DNA of 32,032 nt from a bacterium (GTDB taxonomy: Bacteria; JAJRZV01): contig JAJRZV010000108.1 in NCBI GenBank assembly GCA_024275095.1, positions 1 to 32,032 on the forward strand, written 5' to 3'. The notes beneath the pieces are model-generated. The model was given only the letters and a program-made list of their open reading frames with translations, did no database searches and had not been told where the DNA came from. Below are positions 10,245 to 20,056 of the stretch, piece after piece; the first letter of the stretch is position 1, and each line of letters opens with the position of its first letter. Both the position numbers and the translations under genes were made by a program.

Positions 10245-11410
10245 TATCCCGCCGTCTCCCGTATAATGCTCATATACCGCTGTGTAAGCACCCGAGGCTG
10301 GTGATACTGGTAAATGTAATCTACTCCGTTTTTGCCCATTGCGCGGGCAGTTTCTTGATCGTCTACCAATTGTGCAAAGGCACGGGAAATACTCACGGGA
10401 TTTTCAGGTGGAACAACAACACCACAGCGAGCGGTGCGCACAATCCTTGCCCCCTCTCCCTTGAGCGCAGCGACAATCGGCTTCCCTGCAGCCATATATT
10501 CGAGAAGTTTCCCTGGCAGAGCCGTGCGAAGCCCGGGAAAATTCCGCAACATAACCAGGCACGCTGTAGAACTTGCTATCTGCTTTATCACCTTACTTCG
10601 GGGAAGTGACCCCAGATAAACAAGGTTATGCACTTGCTCCTTCTCTTTCAATGCGAGAAACCGGCTGCGTAAAGACCCATCGCCAGCGACGACAACACGA
10701 GCAGACGGCAAGAGCCTGGATATTTCACAAGCTGTCTCTACCAGAAGCTCAGGCCCCTGTGAAAACCCGAGATTCCCTCCGTAAAAGAGCACAGGATTTT
10801 TATTCTTTTGATACCGGGACCCCATTTTATTCACGGGTACGTAGGGGGTTGGTATCACATGAACACGTTTGCGCGGAACACCGTGGCGCCGGACGATGTG
10901 GCGGGCAATGGCTGGATTGGTCGCTACGAACGCATGCGCCTGCGAGAACACAAAGCGCGAGAGTTCGTTCAACAATCGATATACAGCATGGTCCACAAGG
11001 CCATCCTGTAAGAGAACAATAGAATCCGGCCAGAGGTCACGCACCTCCAGCACAAGCGGCACACCACCAGCCTTCCTGAGCAACACCCCCACAATACCCA
11101 GCAGGTACTGAGGAAGTGACACCAGCACCACGTGAGGGCGGGCCATATACGCAGGCACAACAGCACCAGCACCCTCCCACATGTACTGCACAACACGTGA
11201 GATCGCTCCTCCACGGCTGAGGGGGAAGGATGGCAGGCGTAAAACAGTATAGCCCGGCCCTCGATAAAGGCCGGGGGGTGATCCGAAAGTCATGACCGTC
11301 ACATCGAGACCTTCTTTTGCAAAATGTTCAGCAAAAACGGACGCACGGTGAGCAAGTGTGCCCCAGAGCGGAGGAAACTGATCAACAATGTAGAGTATCC
11401 TCAAACCCAT
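10244..11410 (-). CDS. glycosyltransferase family 4 (WbuB/CapM-like)
   Basis: LEVRDLWPDS, YGGNLGFSQG, PGKLLEYMAAGKPIV. Confidence 0.9.
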   Translation of the reverse strand: MGLRILYIVDQFPPLWGTLAHRASVFAEHFAKEGLDVTVMTFGSPPGLYRGPGYTVLRLPSFPLSRGGAISRVVQYMWEGAGAVVPAYMARPHVVLVSLPQYLLGIVGVLLRKAGGVPLVLEVRDLWPDSIVLLQDGLVDHAVYRLLNELSRFVFSQAHAFVATNPAIARHIVRRHGVPRKRVHVIPTPYVPVNKMGSRYQKNKNPVLFYGGNLGFSQGPELLVETACEISRLLPSARVVVAGDGSLRSRFLALKEKEQVHNLVYLGSLPRSKVIKQIASSTACLVMLRNFPGLRTALPGKLLEYMAAGKPIVAALKGEGARIVRTARCGVVVPPENPVSISRAFAQLVDDQETARAMGKNGVDYIYQYHQPRVLTQRYMSIIRETAG

Positions 11411-12891
11411 TTTTGTAGCACGTTCCAGAAAACATCCAGCGCCGTGGCTGCTGCCAGCGCGGAAAGGATTCTCCGGTCTCTGTTTTTCTCGTAGTGCTTG
11501 AGCATGCGAGAGACTGTTTCTCTGTCCACGATGCCCTTTCTCTCCAACAACGCGGCTTTAAACCAATTCTCCAGGTAACCAAGAAGGACCCTTTCCAGAT
11601 CGCCCCACGCATCCCCACCACAGCATGACTCCTCCTTGGGGACACCTGAGGCATCTTCCAGTCGCCGGAGCAACACGTTACGCCGAAAGCGCTTCCAGCG
11701 AGCCAGCGGTGGAAGAGAATGAGATGTTTCAAGTACTTCTCCAGAAATGCACGGAAACAAAGCAGGTACATCCAGTACCATCGCTGAGCGTACGACGAAC
11801 CCATAACCGGCAGGAGCCAGTTCCCTGTGAAAAAAATCCCACAGGCCGCGTTTTTTCGAAGCGGCGGCATACCGGTCCACGATACGCATTGTCGGCTCGA
11901 GTTCCAGACCCATATCCTTCATAAGAGGGCCGAGAAGACGATTCTTGTCTTCGTAATCCAGTGGAGACCAGAGTGCCAGCCAGTGACGTCCCTCCTCCAT
12001 TCCACCCTTCCCGTTACGGAACGGCTCAAAAGCAGCAACCAGCTCGAATCCTGCACTGCTGAGAAACACATCCTGCGTTGCTGCAGGCAGCGCAGTTGCA
12101 ACCTGCATAACCTCACCAATTGCATTGAGCTCGCCCGTAAGTTCATAAATTCTGGAAAGGCGCCGGGACCACTCGTCCTGTGAAACTTCTGTTAAGCCTT
12201 CAGCGGTGCGAACATTCCAGCCTTTTAACAGTGCAAGTGACTGAAACAGGGGGTCATATTTTCCGGCATTACATGTAACCGCAGAAGCACTTTCATCCCG
12301 CCCGAACGTTTCCAAGATAGCACTTTCAAGTTGCTCTAAAGTGTGTGACTCTTTTTCTACCTCTTCAGCAAGGTGCCTTATCACGGTCCTTCCTGAATTC
12401 ATATCAATCTCTACCTGAGTTCCTTCCTTTACCTGAAACACCCCTTCGAATACAGAAGCAGGTTGGGGCAGGTAGAGGAGACTGAGAAAATCCCACAGAG
12501 TCTGCCAGTTCACCTGGAGCGGACCGAGCCCTGCAGCGAGGAAAGCGAGAGGGTTTGTGGAAACAGCGACGGTGCCGTCTTTCACCAGATAATAAATGGT
12601 ATGGGGAGAGTACGCTTTTCTACGCAAAACGATTGCTCCGCCGTCTTCGGCCGCCCGGACATGAATTTCCAGACCATGATAAAGACCATGATAAAAACCG
12701 GACGAGGAAACAGAGAGGGTGCCCTTTCCTGCTTCAACATCCCAGGGGGAAGATGCACCTCCCGACACCATCAACCTCACCTTTCCCTCTGACCATTCCT
12801 CTGCTTCTGAAGAAGGAGAGAGGAGAGATGCCACGCGGACCACGTCTATCGATTCATTGTCTGCACCTGCACATAAAAAAACACCCGCCAT
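11401..12891 (-). CDS. divergent asparagine-synthetase-like protein, probably catalytically degenerate
   Basis: Resembles AsnB-type layout (DFLSLLYLPQPASVFEGVFQVKEG; late KRFRRNVLLRRL; C-terminal KGIVDRETVSRMLKHY). No N-terminal Cys or SGGxDS motif. Confidence 0.55.
   Translation of the reverse strand: MAGVFLCAGADNESIDVVRVASLLSPSSEAEEWSEGKVRLMVSGGASSPWDVEAGKGTLSVSSSGFYHGLYHGLEIHVRAAEDGGAIVLRRKAYSPHTIYYLVKDGTVAVSTNPLAFLAAGLGPLQVNWQTLWDFLSLLYLPQPASVFEGVFQVKEGTQVEIDMNSGRTVIRHLAEEVEKESHTLEQLESAILETFGRDESASAVTCNAGKYDPLFQSLALLKGWNVRTAEGLTEVSQDEWSRRLSRIYELTGELNAIGEVMQVATALPAATQDVFLSSAGFELVAAFEPFRNGKGGMEEGRHWLALWSPLDYEDKNRLLGPLMKDMGLELEPTMRIVDRYAAASKKRGLWDFFHRELAPAGYGFVVRSAMVLDVPALFPCISGEVLETSHSLPPLARWKRFRRNVLLRRLEDASGVPKEESCCGGDAWGDLERVLLGYLENWFKAALLERKGIVDRETVSRMLKHYEKNRDRRILSALAAATALDVFWNVLQKWV
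12671..12694. repeat. perfect 12-bp tandem duplication (AGACCATGATAA x2)
   Basis: Seen directly; in frame, giving FYHGLYHGL in the AsnB-like ORF. Confidence 0.8.
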
Positions 12892-12971
12892 CGCCTGAGA
12901 CCTCCCCCGGTTTCCTTAGAATAATTATCGCAAAAAAAGACCCATCCAGGCGAGATAAGATTTAACGAATT

Positions 12972-15557
12972 TTACTTTTTATTGAAAACAAACCCTTCCT
13001 CCGGTGAATAGTCAACTTCCACCACATCGCCTTCGCCAAAACGACCTTCAAGGATATATCTGGCGAGAGGATCCTGAATCTCCCGCTGTATGGTCCTCTT
13101 GAGGGGTCGTGCGCCGAACACAGGATCATACCCCATCTCCGCCAGTGCATCCTTGGCTTTTTCGGTGCGCACAAGGCCCACCTTGTGTTCCACGAGTCGT
13201 TCTTTGAGCTGTTCGAGCTGGATATCCACAATGGCGCGTATGTGTTCCCTTCCAAGAGGACGAAAAATCACGATTTCGTCAATTCGGTTGAGAAACTCCG
13301 GCCTGAGGTTTGCCTTGAGAAGCTCCATCACGCGTTCACGCATAAGGTTGAGGTCTTTCCCGGCAAGGTCCTGGATTTCGCGTGACCCGATATTCGACGT
13401 CATAATGATAACGGTATTGCGAAAATCTACAGTCCTGCCGTGGCTGTCAGTGAGGCGCCCATCGTCAAGAATCTGGAGCAAAATGTTGAACACTTCAGGG
13501 TGAGCCTTCTCAATCTCGTCCAGCAGTACCACCGAGTAGGGTTTGCGCCGTACGGCTTCCGTGAGCTGTCCACCTTCCTCGTATCCGACATATCCTGGAG
13601 GAGCTCCGATAAGGCGCGCCACCGAGTGTTTTTCCATGTATTCCGACATATCGAGGCGTATGAGTGCGTTTTCATCGTCGAACAGAAACTCTGCAAGGGC
13701 CTTGGCCGTCTCGGTCTTTCCCACACCAGTGGGACCGAGAAACAGAAACGAACCTATCGGCCGGCGCGGATCGGCCAGTCCCGCTCGTGCACGGCGTATG
13801 GCATTGGCAACGAGAGAAAGAGCCTCGTCCTGTCCAACAACACGTTTGCGCATGCGATCTTCCATCTCCAGGAGCTTCCGTGCTTCTGACTCCAGCAACC
13901 GACTCACCGGTATGCCTGTCCAGCGGGAGACAACCTTGGCCACCTCGTCAGCGTCGACCTCTTCTTTGAGCATGCGGTGTTCTTTTTGTACCTCCTGGAG
14001 CTTCTTGTATTCCTCATTGAGTTCCTTCTCCAGTTCCGGTATGCGCCCGTACGTGATTTCGGCAGCCCGATTGAGATCACCGCTGCGCTGCGCTTCCTGA
14101 GCCTCGAATTTCAGCCGGTCGAGCTCCTCTTTAATTTTGCGAACGCGGGAAATGATCTCTTTTTCCTTCATCCATTGTTCCTTGAGGCGCGCACTTTCAG
14201 AGCGGAGTTTTTCAATCTCGCTTTCAATGCGTGCCAATTTTTCCCTGGCTTCAGGGTCTGTTTCTTTCTGGAGCACAAGCTTCTCAATTTCCAGTTGCGT
14301 GATTTTACGCTCAATTTCATCAATCTCTGAGGGCATACTGTCAATTTCCATGCGGATGCGCGACGCTGCCTCGTCAATAAGATCTATGGCCTTATCAGGA
14401 AGGAATCGGTCTGTGATGTAACGGTGCGAAAGGGTCACCGCCGCCACAATGGCGCTGTCCAGGATTTTGACACCGTGGTGGATTTCGTACTTCTCTTTCA
14501 AACCCCGTAAAATGGATATGGCCTCTTCAACGGAAGGCTCATCCACATATATGGGCTGAAAGCGCCTCTCCAGCGCTGCGTCTTTCTCGATATACTTGCG
14601 ATATTCGTCCACTGTCGTGGCGCCGATGCAATGCAGTTCACCACGTGCAAGGGCGGGCTTGAGCATATTGGATGCATCCATAGCACCTTCGGCCTTTCCT
14701 GCACCCACGAGATTGTGAATTTCATCTATAAACAGAAGTATCTCACCCTCCGAATCCGTCACTTCCTTGAGCACAGCCTTGAGCCGGTCTTCAAACTCTC
14801 CCCGGTACTTGGTGCCTGCGATCAGTGCTCCAAGGTCCAGCTGCACAATGCGCTTATTTTTCAATCCTTCGGGTACGTCCCCGGAAGCAATGCGCTGTGC
14901 AAGACCTTCCACAATAGCCGTCTTGCCGACACCGGGATCACCAATGAGCACGGGATTATTCTTGGTGCGCCTGAGAAGCACCTGTATCACCCGCCGGATC
15001 TCCTCGTCGCGTCCAATAACGGGATCAAGCTTTCCCAGGCGGGCCATAGCCGTGAGATCCTTCCCGTAACGTTCCAGGGCCATGTACTTATCCTCGGGGT
15101 TCTGGTCCGTAACACGATGGGAACCCCGCACTTCCTGCAACGCTTTCACCAGAGCATCATGCGTGATCCCGTGACGCTTGAGAATTTCCGAAACAGCTCC
15201 ACCGTCCTCTGCGAGTGCCAGCAAGAGATGCTCCGTGGACACGAACTCGTCCTTCATTGACGAAGCCACCTGAAAAGATCTCTGGAGTACGGCCTCCAGT
15301 TTTTTTGACACGTATTCTGCTCCCGTGATGCCGCTCACCCTGGGAAGCCGACCTATTGCTTCAAGAGTTTCATTTTCGAGGAGCGAATCTTCCACGCCCA
15401 CGCGACGAAGTATTTGAGGAACCAACCCACCCTCCTGTTTTAAAAGTGCGAGAAATAAATGCTCGGGCTCAACTGTCTGGTTGCCGTGCTGAGAGGCAAT
15501 GGCCTGGGCTTCCTGGAGAGCCTCCTGTGCTTTGTATGTAAACTTATCCAGTCGCAT
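12972..15557 (-). CDS. clpB: ATP-dependent chaperone ClpB
   Basis: Two AAA+ modules ([16 protein letters not shown]), KYRGEFE, coiled-coil M domain, [13 protein letters not shown]; 861 aa. Confidence 0.98.
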   Translation of the reverse strand: MRLDKFTYKAQEALQEAQAIASQHGNQTVEPEHLFLALLKQEGGLVPQILRRVGVEDSLLENETLEAIGRLPRVSGITGAEYVSKKLEAVLQRSFQVASSMKDEFVSTEHLLLALAEDGGAVSEILKRHGITHDALVKALQEVRGSHRVTDQNPEDKYMALERYGKDLTAMARLGKLDPVIGRDEEIRRVIQVLLRRTKNNPVLIGDPGVGKTAIVEGLAQRIASGDVPEGLKNKRIVQLDLGALIAGTKYRGEFEDRLKAVLKEVTDSEGEILLFIDEIHNLVGAGKAEGAMDASNMLKPALARGELHCIGATTVDEYRKYIEKDAALERRFQPIYVDEPSVEEAISILRGLKEKYEIHHGVKILDSAIVAAVTLSHRYITDRFLPDKAIDLIDEAASRIRMEIDSMPSEIDEIERKITQLEIEKLVLQKETDPEAREKLARIESEIEKLRSESARLKEQWMKEKEIISRVRKIKEELDRLKFEAQEAQRSGDLNRAAEITYGRIPELEKELNEEYKKLQEVQKEHRMLKEEVDADEVAKVVSRWTGIPVSRLLESEARKLLEMEDRMRKRVVGQDEALSLVANAIRRARAGLADPRRPIGSFLFLGPTGVGKTETAKALAEFLFDDENALIRLDMSEYMEKHSVARLIGAPPGYVGYEEGGQLTEAVRRKPYSVVLLDEIEKAHPEVFNILLQILDDGRLTDSHGRTVDFRNTVIIMTSNIGSREIQDLAGKDLNLMRERVMELLKANLRPEFLNRIDEIVIFRPLGREHIRAIVDIQLEQLKERLVEHKVGLVRTEKAKDALAEMGYDPVFGARPLKRTIQREIQDPLARYILEGRFGEGDVVEVDYSPEEGFVFNKK

Positions 15558-15593
15558 AAGCTCCTCCTCAAAAAGTGGTTATCTCCTTAGCAA

Positions 15594-15621
15594 AATTTAG
15601 GTGCGATCTTCCACCTGTCAA
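15594..15621 (-). promoter_or_regulatory. putative sigma70-type promoter of clpB with short inverted repeat in the spacer
   Basis: Minus strand reads TTGACA-N16-TAAATT about 36 nt above the ATG. AGGTG-N8-CACCT spans the spacer; GAGGAGG RBS follows. Confidence 0.5.
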
Positions 15622-15632
15622 TTTTTTTACAT

Positions 15633-16865
15633 TCACACCAGATAGCGAGCAATCAGATCAATCACTCCCTTAAAATGTTCACGAATATGGGGGACTTTCT
15701 TACGCGCTTCCGTTTCACTGGTGCGTCCCTTGCTCAACGCGTGAAGCACAGCCTTCGCAAGAGCCTGAGGCTCATACGTGGGAAAAAAGAAACCGTCAGG
15801 TCTTACCTCCCTGTGCACAGGTATATCTGATGCTGCCACGGGGAGACCGAAAAACGCCGCCTCCAGCAGGGGAAACCCGAAAGACTCGGTAATGGAAGGC
15901 CATACCAGCACATCAGCATGACGGTAAAGGTGCGGAAGCATTCGATAAGGCAGAGGCCCCGTTGTAACAAAGTACTTTTCCACTTTCAGCTCTTTCATGA
16001 GCTTCCAGTCCCCTGTGGAATCGTAGATATGCTGTACAACGTTCTGGCCAATTTCCGCGGTCATAACCACCCGAACACGTTCCCCTATTTCACGCACTAT
16101 ATATGGGATTGCCCGGATGAGCGTGGTGAAATTTTTGTAATAAGAGTAATACCCCACGTGCAGCAGGCGGATCATACCCTCCGTCTCCTCAAGAGCTTTC
16201 CTTGCACGCGCGTTGAGAGGAAGAGGGTTTGTAAAGATCTCATGATGAATGCCGTAAGGTACAGCGAAAATCTTCTCAGAGTGCTTCTCTCCAACCGCTT
16301 CAATAACCTTTTGGCGAAAAGCTTCTGAAGGGGTAATCACGAGATCGGCCCTGCGCACAGAATGTAATGCGAGCATGCGCTGGGCCTGGATGTAAGAAAA
16401 AAATTTCACAAGTCCTCGCCTGAGCAGGTTCACCTGGAACTCCCGACAGAGAAGAAGGGAATTGCGCTGGTAGACTCCGTGCTTCAACGCCCCTCCCCCG
16501 CTGATAAAATTCCCCAGGTGAAGCACGCCCCTTACCGAAGGGTCCCTGGCCATGCCCCGAATCGCACTCCACTCTGCAAGCCATCGCTTCAAAGGATGAT
16601 CGGGCAACTTTTCTACAACCACCATGTGTTCTCCAGGAGATGTCTCCAGGGTTTGTTTCGGTGTGAGCACCAGGAGCCTGAAATCCTCTGTTAGAGACTC
16701 CTCTGCGAGCATATTCAAAAGTGAACGAGCCCCTCCCCTATCAGCCGAAAGAGCATTTATGAGAATCGTAACCCCTTGCACTGTCTTTACCATGTCCTGC
16801 CCGCGGGCCAAAATCCTTTGAACACTTTTCATAACAATATACTTCCGACAACTGATAAAAGCCAT
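15633..16865 (-). CDS. glycosyltransferase family 4 (MtfB/WbpX-like)
   Basis: ITPSE, YYKNF, PSITESFGFPLLEAAFFGLPVAASDIPVHRE. The true start may be a downstream ATG. Confidence 0.88.
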   Translation of the reverse strand: MAFISCRKYIVMKSVQRILARGQDMVKTVQGVTILINALSADRGGARSLLNMLAEESLTEDFRLLVLTPKQTLETSPGEHMVVVEKLPDHPLKRWLAEWSAIRGMARDPSVRGVLHLGNFISGGGALKHGVYQRNSLLLCREFQVNLLRRGLVKFFSYIQAQRMLALHSVRRADLVITPSEAFRQKVIEAVGEKHSEKIFAVPYGIHHEIFTNPLPLNARARKALEETEGMIRLLHVGYYSYYKNFTTLIRAIPYIVREIGERVRVVMTAEIGQNVVQHIYDSTGDWKLMKELKVEKYFVTTGPLPYRMLPHLYRHADVLVWPSITESFGFPLLEAAFFGLPVAASDIPVHREVRPDGFFFPTYEPQALAKAVLHALSKGRTSETEARKKVPHIREHFKGVIDLIARYLV

Positions 16866-17157
16866 TCAAACAATTTATGGCGCACTCAGCGTTTGTGCAC
16901 CCGACCTGGCTCTCCGGTTGAACGAGCCATGCCTCCGCCACATACTACGTTCGTACACACGTTCTTTTTAATACACCACCGACCAGCATTTTCCAAGCTT
17001 TTACCTTCGAGTATCGGAGTTTGGCTTTAAAAAGAGATTGAATTTTTAAAATCTACTCTCATGCGTTTTTCAAAATTTTCATCAATGGTCTTAGCAAATT
17101 TGTTGATTTTTTTCATGTCTTTGGATACATTTACACCATCTACCCCGGAGAGGGACT

Positions 17158-17365
17158 GTGAGACTTTCGCTGAGATTCCAGCTTGACCCTGGAGAACTCA
17201 TCCTTCCCCTTTCATACAACCACCTTGTCCAGGCCATGATCTACAGCAACATAGACAACTCCATAGCTCACTGGCTCCATGACAGGGGCTTTGCTTTTGG
17301 TAAGCGGAGGTACAAACTCTTCACCTTCTCAAGGCTCCTGTCAAAAAAACGGCGGCTCAACCGGG
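17158..17365 (+). pseudogene. cas6: 5' stub (about 70 codons) of a cas6 gene
   Basis: LPLSYNHLVQAMIY...LHDRGFAFGKRRYKLFTFSRL matches the N-terminus of the intact cas6 at 28472 (YNHILQGFIY...LHEKGYVYGKRRFKLFTFSRL). No C-terminal G-loop. Confidence 0.9.
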
Positions 17366-17898
17366 ACATACGTGAGGACAAAAGAAGGCATGTGGTGGTT
17401 CCTCATAAACGTGATGACTACTTTTCCAGATTCACCCTCTCTTGCCACAGCACGTTTTCACTTTCTGCGAAAGAAGGAATAAAAGCCCTTGAAAAGGCTT
17501 ATGAAAAAGCAAAAAGCCTTCACTCAAGCTCTTTTGAAGGTCTGGCTACCCTGCTCACAGATAATGGGTCTACATTCATCGCAAAACAGTTCAGGGACTT
17601 TCTCAAAAAACACTTTGAAAACTTCTTCAGGCACATCAAGGTGAAATACAGATCACCTGAGCAAATTGGAGTGATCGAGAGATTTCACCAGAACCTGAAG
17701 CAAGAAGCCTTCTATCCCGCTGAAGTGCAGAACGTACTTCACCTGATAAACACGGTGGAACACTACACCTGGTACCCGGGCTCGCGCAGGCCCCCCTGGG
17801 CATCAGGACTGAGAACACCGGCAGAGGTTCATCTGAATAAATCTTTTCACGAGATCAGAAAATTGGGCTTTGACTCAAATGTTACGGGATATAAAACA
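17366..17898 (+). mobile_element. truncated IS3/IS481-like element: rve integrase C-terminal part plus probable right terminal inverted repeat
   Basis: TYVRTKEGMWWFLINV, then a 1-nt frameshift near 17414, then DYFSR...LLTDNGSTF...SPEQIGVIERFHQNLKQE...GLRTPAEV. Ends ...CAAATGTTACGGGATATAAAACA, resembling an IS3-family CA-3' end. Confidence 0.8.
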
Positions 17899-17918
17899 TC
17901 CATCCAGGAGATGCACGC

Positions 17919-18124
17919 ATGAGAAGAAACTCTCTCATGTTTTCCAGGGAAGTTGTTCCGCTTTTTCCTGGACCAATGCACAAACAGGCAGGATTTATCC
18001 GTCAGGAACTCCCCGCAGATTGCTCCATAGATATTCTTGTAAGAACCTCGGAGCAGATTAAAGAAAGAATTAAACTTGACGATTTTTCATCAAAAAGATT
18101 GTGTCTCAGGGAATAGAACTATGA
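17919..18124 (+). pseudogene. C-terminal remnant of a minimal nucleotidyltransferase (MNT antitoxin)
   Basis: IRQELPADCSIDILVRTSEQIKERIKLDDF; restoring one T in the run at 18083-18087 gives FIKKIVSQGIEL*. Its TGA then overlaps the HEPN ATG (ATGA). The GS..G..D.D N-terminus is absent. Confidence 0.65.
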
Positions 18125-18285
18125 AACCACTCACCAAAGAATGGATTAAAAAGGCTGAAGAAGACCATCTTGTAATGGTAAGGGAATCAAAAGAGACGCC
18201 TCTCGTAGCATCTGCTATATGTTTCCATGCCCAGCAGTGTGTTGAAAAGGAGGTTATAATAATATTTGTGTTAGGAGGTAGTTGA
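18121..18285 (+). pseudogene. truncated HEPN domain protein (SacSin-like/MNT partner)
   Basis: MKPLTKEWIKKAEED...AICFHAQQCVEK is the typical HEPN N-terminus; similarity stops at about 18250. Confidence 0.75.
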
Positions 18286-18343
18286 TATAAAAGTGAAGGC
18301 AGTGAATAAAGGAATTAATTGTTTACAGATGAGGGAATAATTC

Positions 18344-20056
18344 GTGGAAGAGATTTTGATGAGCATTAAAAATTTTTATAAAAGTTATTTAATGATCTCC
18401 AATCCTCATAAATACCAGGAGTTTACGTGGGAATGTATTAAAAGATTAAACTTTCCCCTTTTTATAAAAGCACCCACTGGCTCAGGAAAGACAGAGGCTG
18501 TGCTGGCACCGTTTCTGTCACAATTTATTGACAACAATTTTACTATCGCTCCAAGGATGATATATGTTTTACCAATGAGAGTTCTGGTTAATTCTCTTGC
18601 TGATAGAGTTAGACAATACACCCGAAGAATAAATCCTCATATTTCTGTGGAGGTTCAGCACGGGGATGTTCCTAATTCCCCGTTCTTCATGGCAGACATA
18701 ATTTTTACCACTCTGGACCAGTTCGTCTATGGCTTTGCAAGGGCAAGCGGACAGGTGGGAAGGCATATAGATATTCCTGCAGGCGCCATTGCATCTTCAC
18801 TGGTGGTTTTTGATGAGGCCCACATGTACAGAGATGAATTTACATTTTCAATTATGAGGGCTGTAATGGAGATATTATATAAGAGCAATATTCCTTTTGT
18901 TGTAATGACAGCAACCATGCCAGAAACTCTTGAAAGAAGCCTTTTTGAAAATATCAATATGCCTGAAGATTGCAAAATATCTGCTTCAATACCTGCCAGT
19001 AACACGCTTGACTTCTATCTTGAGAAAGGACCTTTATATTCTGATGATGAAGTGAATATTCCTGAGGTAATTTTAGATAAAATCAGAGAAAAGAAAACTT
19101 TAATCGTTGTCAATCAGGTTAAAAGAGCACAGAAGATTTATGAAGATATTAAATTGAGGCTTAATCTTAACGACAAACAAATTGTTTTACTGCATTCACG
19201 GTTTACAAAAGCAGATAGAAAAGACCATGAAGAACAAGCAATTTCGTTAATCCCGCGCAAAAAGGATGGGAAAATTGTAATCCCTGAAGGCGTAGGAATT
19301 GTTGTCTCAACGCAGGTTCTCGAGGCAGGCATTGATTTTTCGGCAGAATTTTTGCTGACTGAACTTGCCCCTGCTGATTCACTGGTTCAGAGAGCTGGGA
19401 GATGTGCAAGATATGAAGGCGAAAGGGGGGAGATGGTAATTTTCCCGGTGGATGGAAAAGACAGGAATCATCTGCCTTACAAAAAAGAGCATTTAGAAAA
19501 AACGCTTGAGTGGTTGAAAAGAAATGAACAGTTTAACATTAAAAATTTTAATGAAGTTTGCTCTTTTGTTAATGAAACACTTGACTATCAGGCTAATGAT
19601 TATGAAGCAAGGGATACTTTGATTGACCTCTATGAGTGTGTTCTTTATGCAGATAGCAAACCAGATAATATTCAGGTGAGAAAAAGCAAACCTGTAAGAA
19701 TATTAGTTGTAGATTTTTCTCTTGGTATTGAAAATAAAAAATACAGGAAAAAGCAAAAAGACGAAATAGAAGAAATAGTAGAAAATTCGATAAAGAAAAC
19801 AAACATTCATGAAAATACTTTTGATACTGATATTGGGGTAGCATGGTCATTGTATAATAAAAAATTACTTAAATGGGAGTTAAAATGGGAACTTGATAAA
19901 GAAAAAAAGAAAAATTGGAAACTAATCTTTATAAAAAAAGATAATCCTGATGAAGAAGATATCAAAATAAGCCCTTTCAAAACTTATATTTTGAATGCAG
20001 AGAGCAACTATACTTCAGAAAAAGGAATAATTAACGATGACAGCTTTATTATCTAG
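18344..20056 (+). CDS. cas3: CRISPR-associated helicase Cas3' (no fused HD domain)
   Basis: APTGSGKT, YVLPMRVL, TTLDQ, FDEAH, MTAT, LLHSRF, STQVLEAGID, QRAGRCAR. Confidence 0.96.
   Translation: MEEILMSIKNFYKSYLMISNPHKYQEFTWECIKRLNFPLFIKAPTGSGKTEAVLAPFLSQFIDNNFTIAPRMIYVLPMRVLVNSLADRVRQYTRRINPHISVEVQHGDVPNSPFFMADIIFTTLDQFVYGFARASGQVGRHIDIPAGAIASSLVVFDEAHMYRDEFTFSIMRAVMEILYKSNIPFVVMTATMPETLERSLFENINMPEDCKISASIPASNTLDFYLEKGPLYSDDEVNIPEVILDKIREKKTLIVVNQVKRAQKIYEDIKLRLNLNDKQIVLLHSRFTKADRKDHEEQAISLIPRKKDGKIVIPEGVGIVVSTQVLEAGIDFSAEFLLTELAPADSLVQRAGRCARYEGERGEMVIFPVDGKDRNHLPYKKEHLEKTLEWLKRNEQFNIKNFNEVCSFVNETLDYQANDYEARDTLIDLYECVLYADSKPDNIQVRKSKPVRILVVDFSLGIENKKYRKKQKDEIEEIVENSIKKTNIHENTFDTDIGVAWSLYNKKLLKWELKWELDKEKKKNWKLIFIKKDNPDEEDIKISPFKTYILNAESNYTSEKGIINDDSFII

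Noticed and set aside
15575-15625. CIRCE (HrcA) operator before clpB
   Set aside because: TTAGCA is present but there is no TTAGCACTC-N9-GAGTGCTAA match.
27-16821. Long plus-strand ORFs (e.g. 27..815, 5235..6437, 6497..7123, 14631..15260)
   Set aside because: They are antisense shadows of well-supported minus-strand genes and show no motifs.
17158-17922. CRISPR-associated transposon (CAST) or functional RNA-guided integrase
   Set aside because: No tnsC/tniQ is present. The integrase is an IS3/IS481-type fragment missing its N-terminus and first catalytic Asp, with a frameshift scar.
5340-20056. Genome-wide TAG reassignment
   Set aside because: cas3' ends at a TAG whose readthrough gives nothing meaningful, and no other gene has internal TAG codons.
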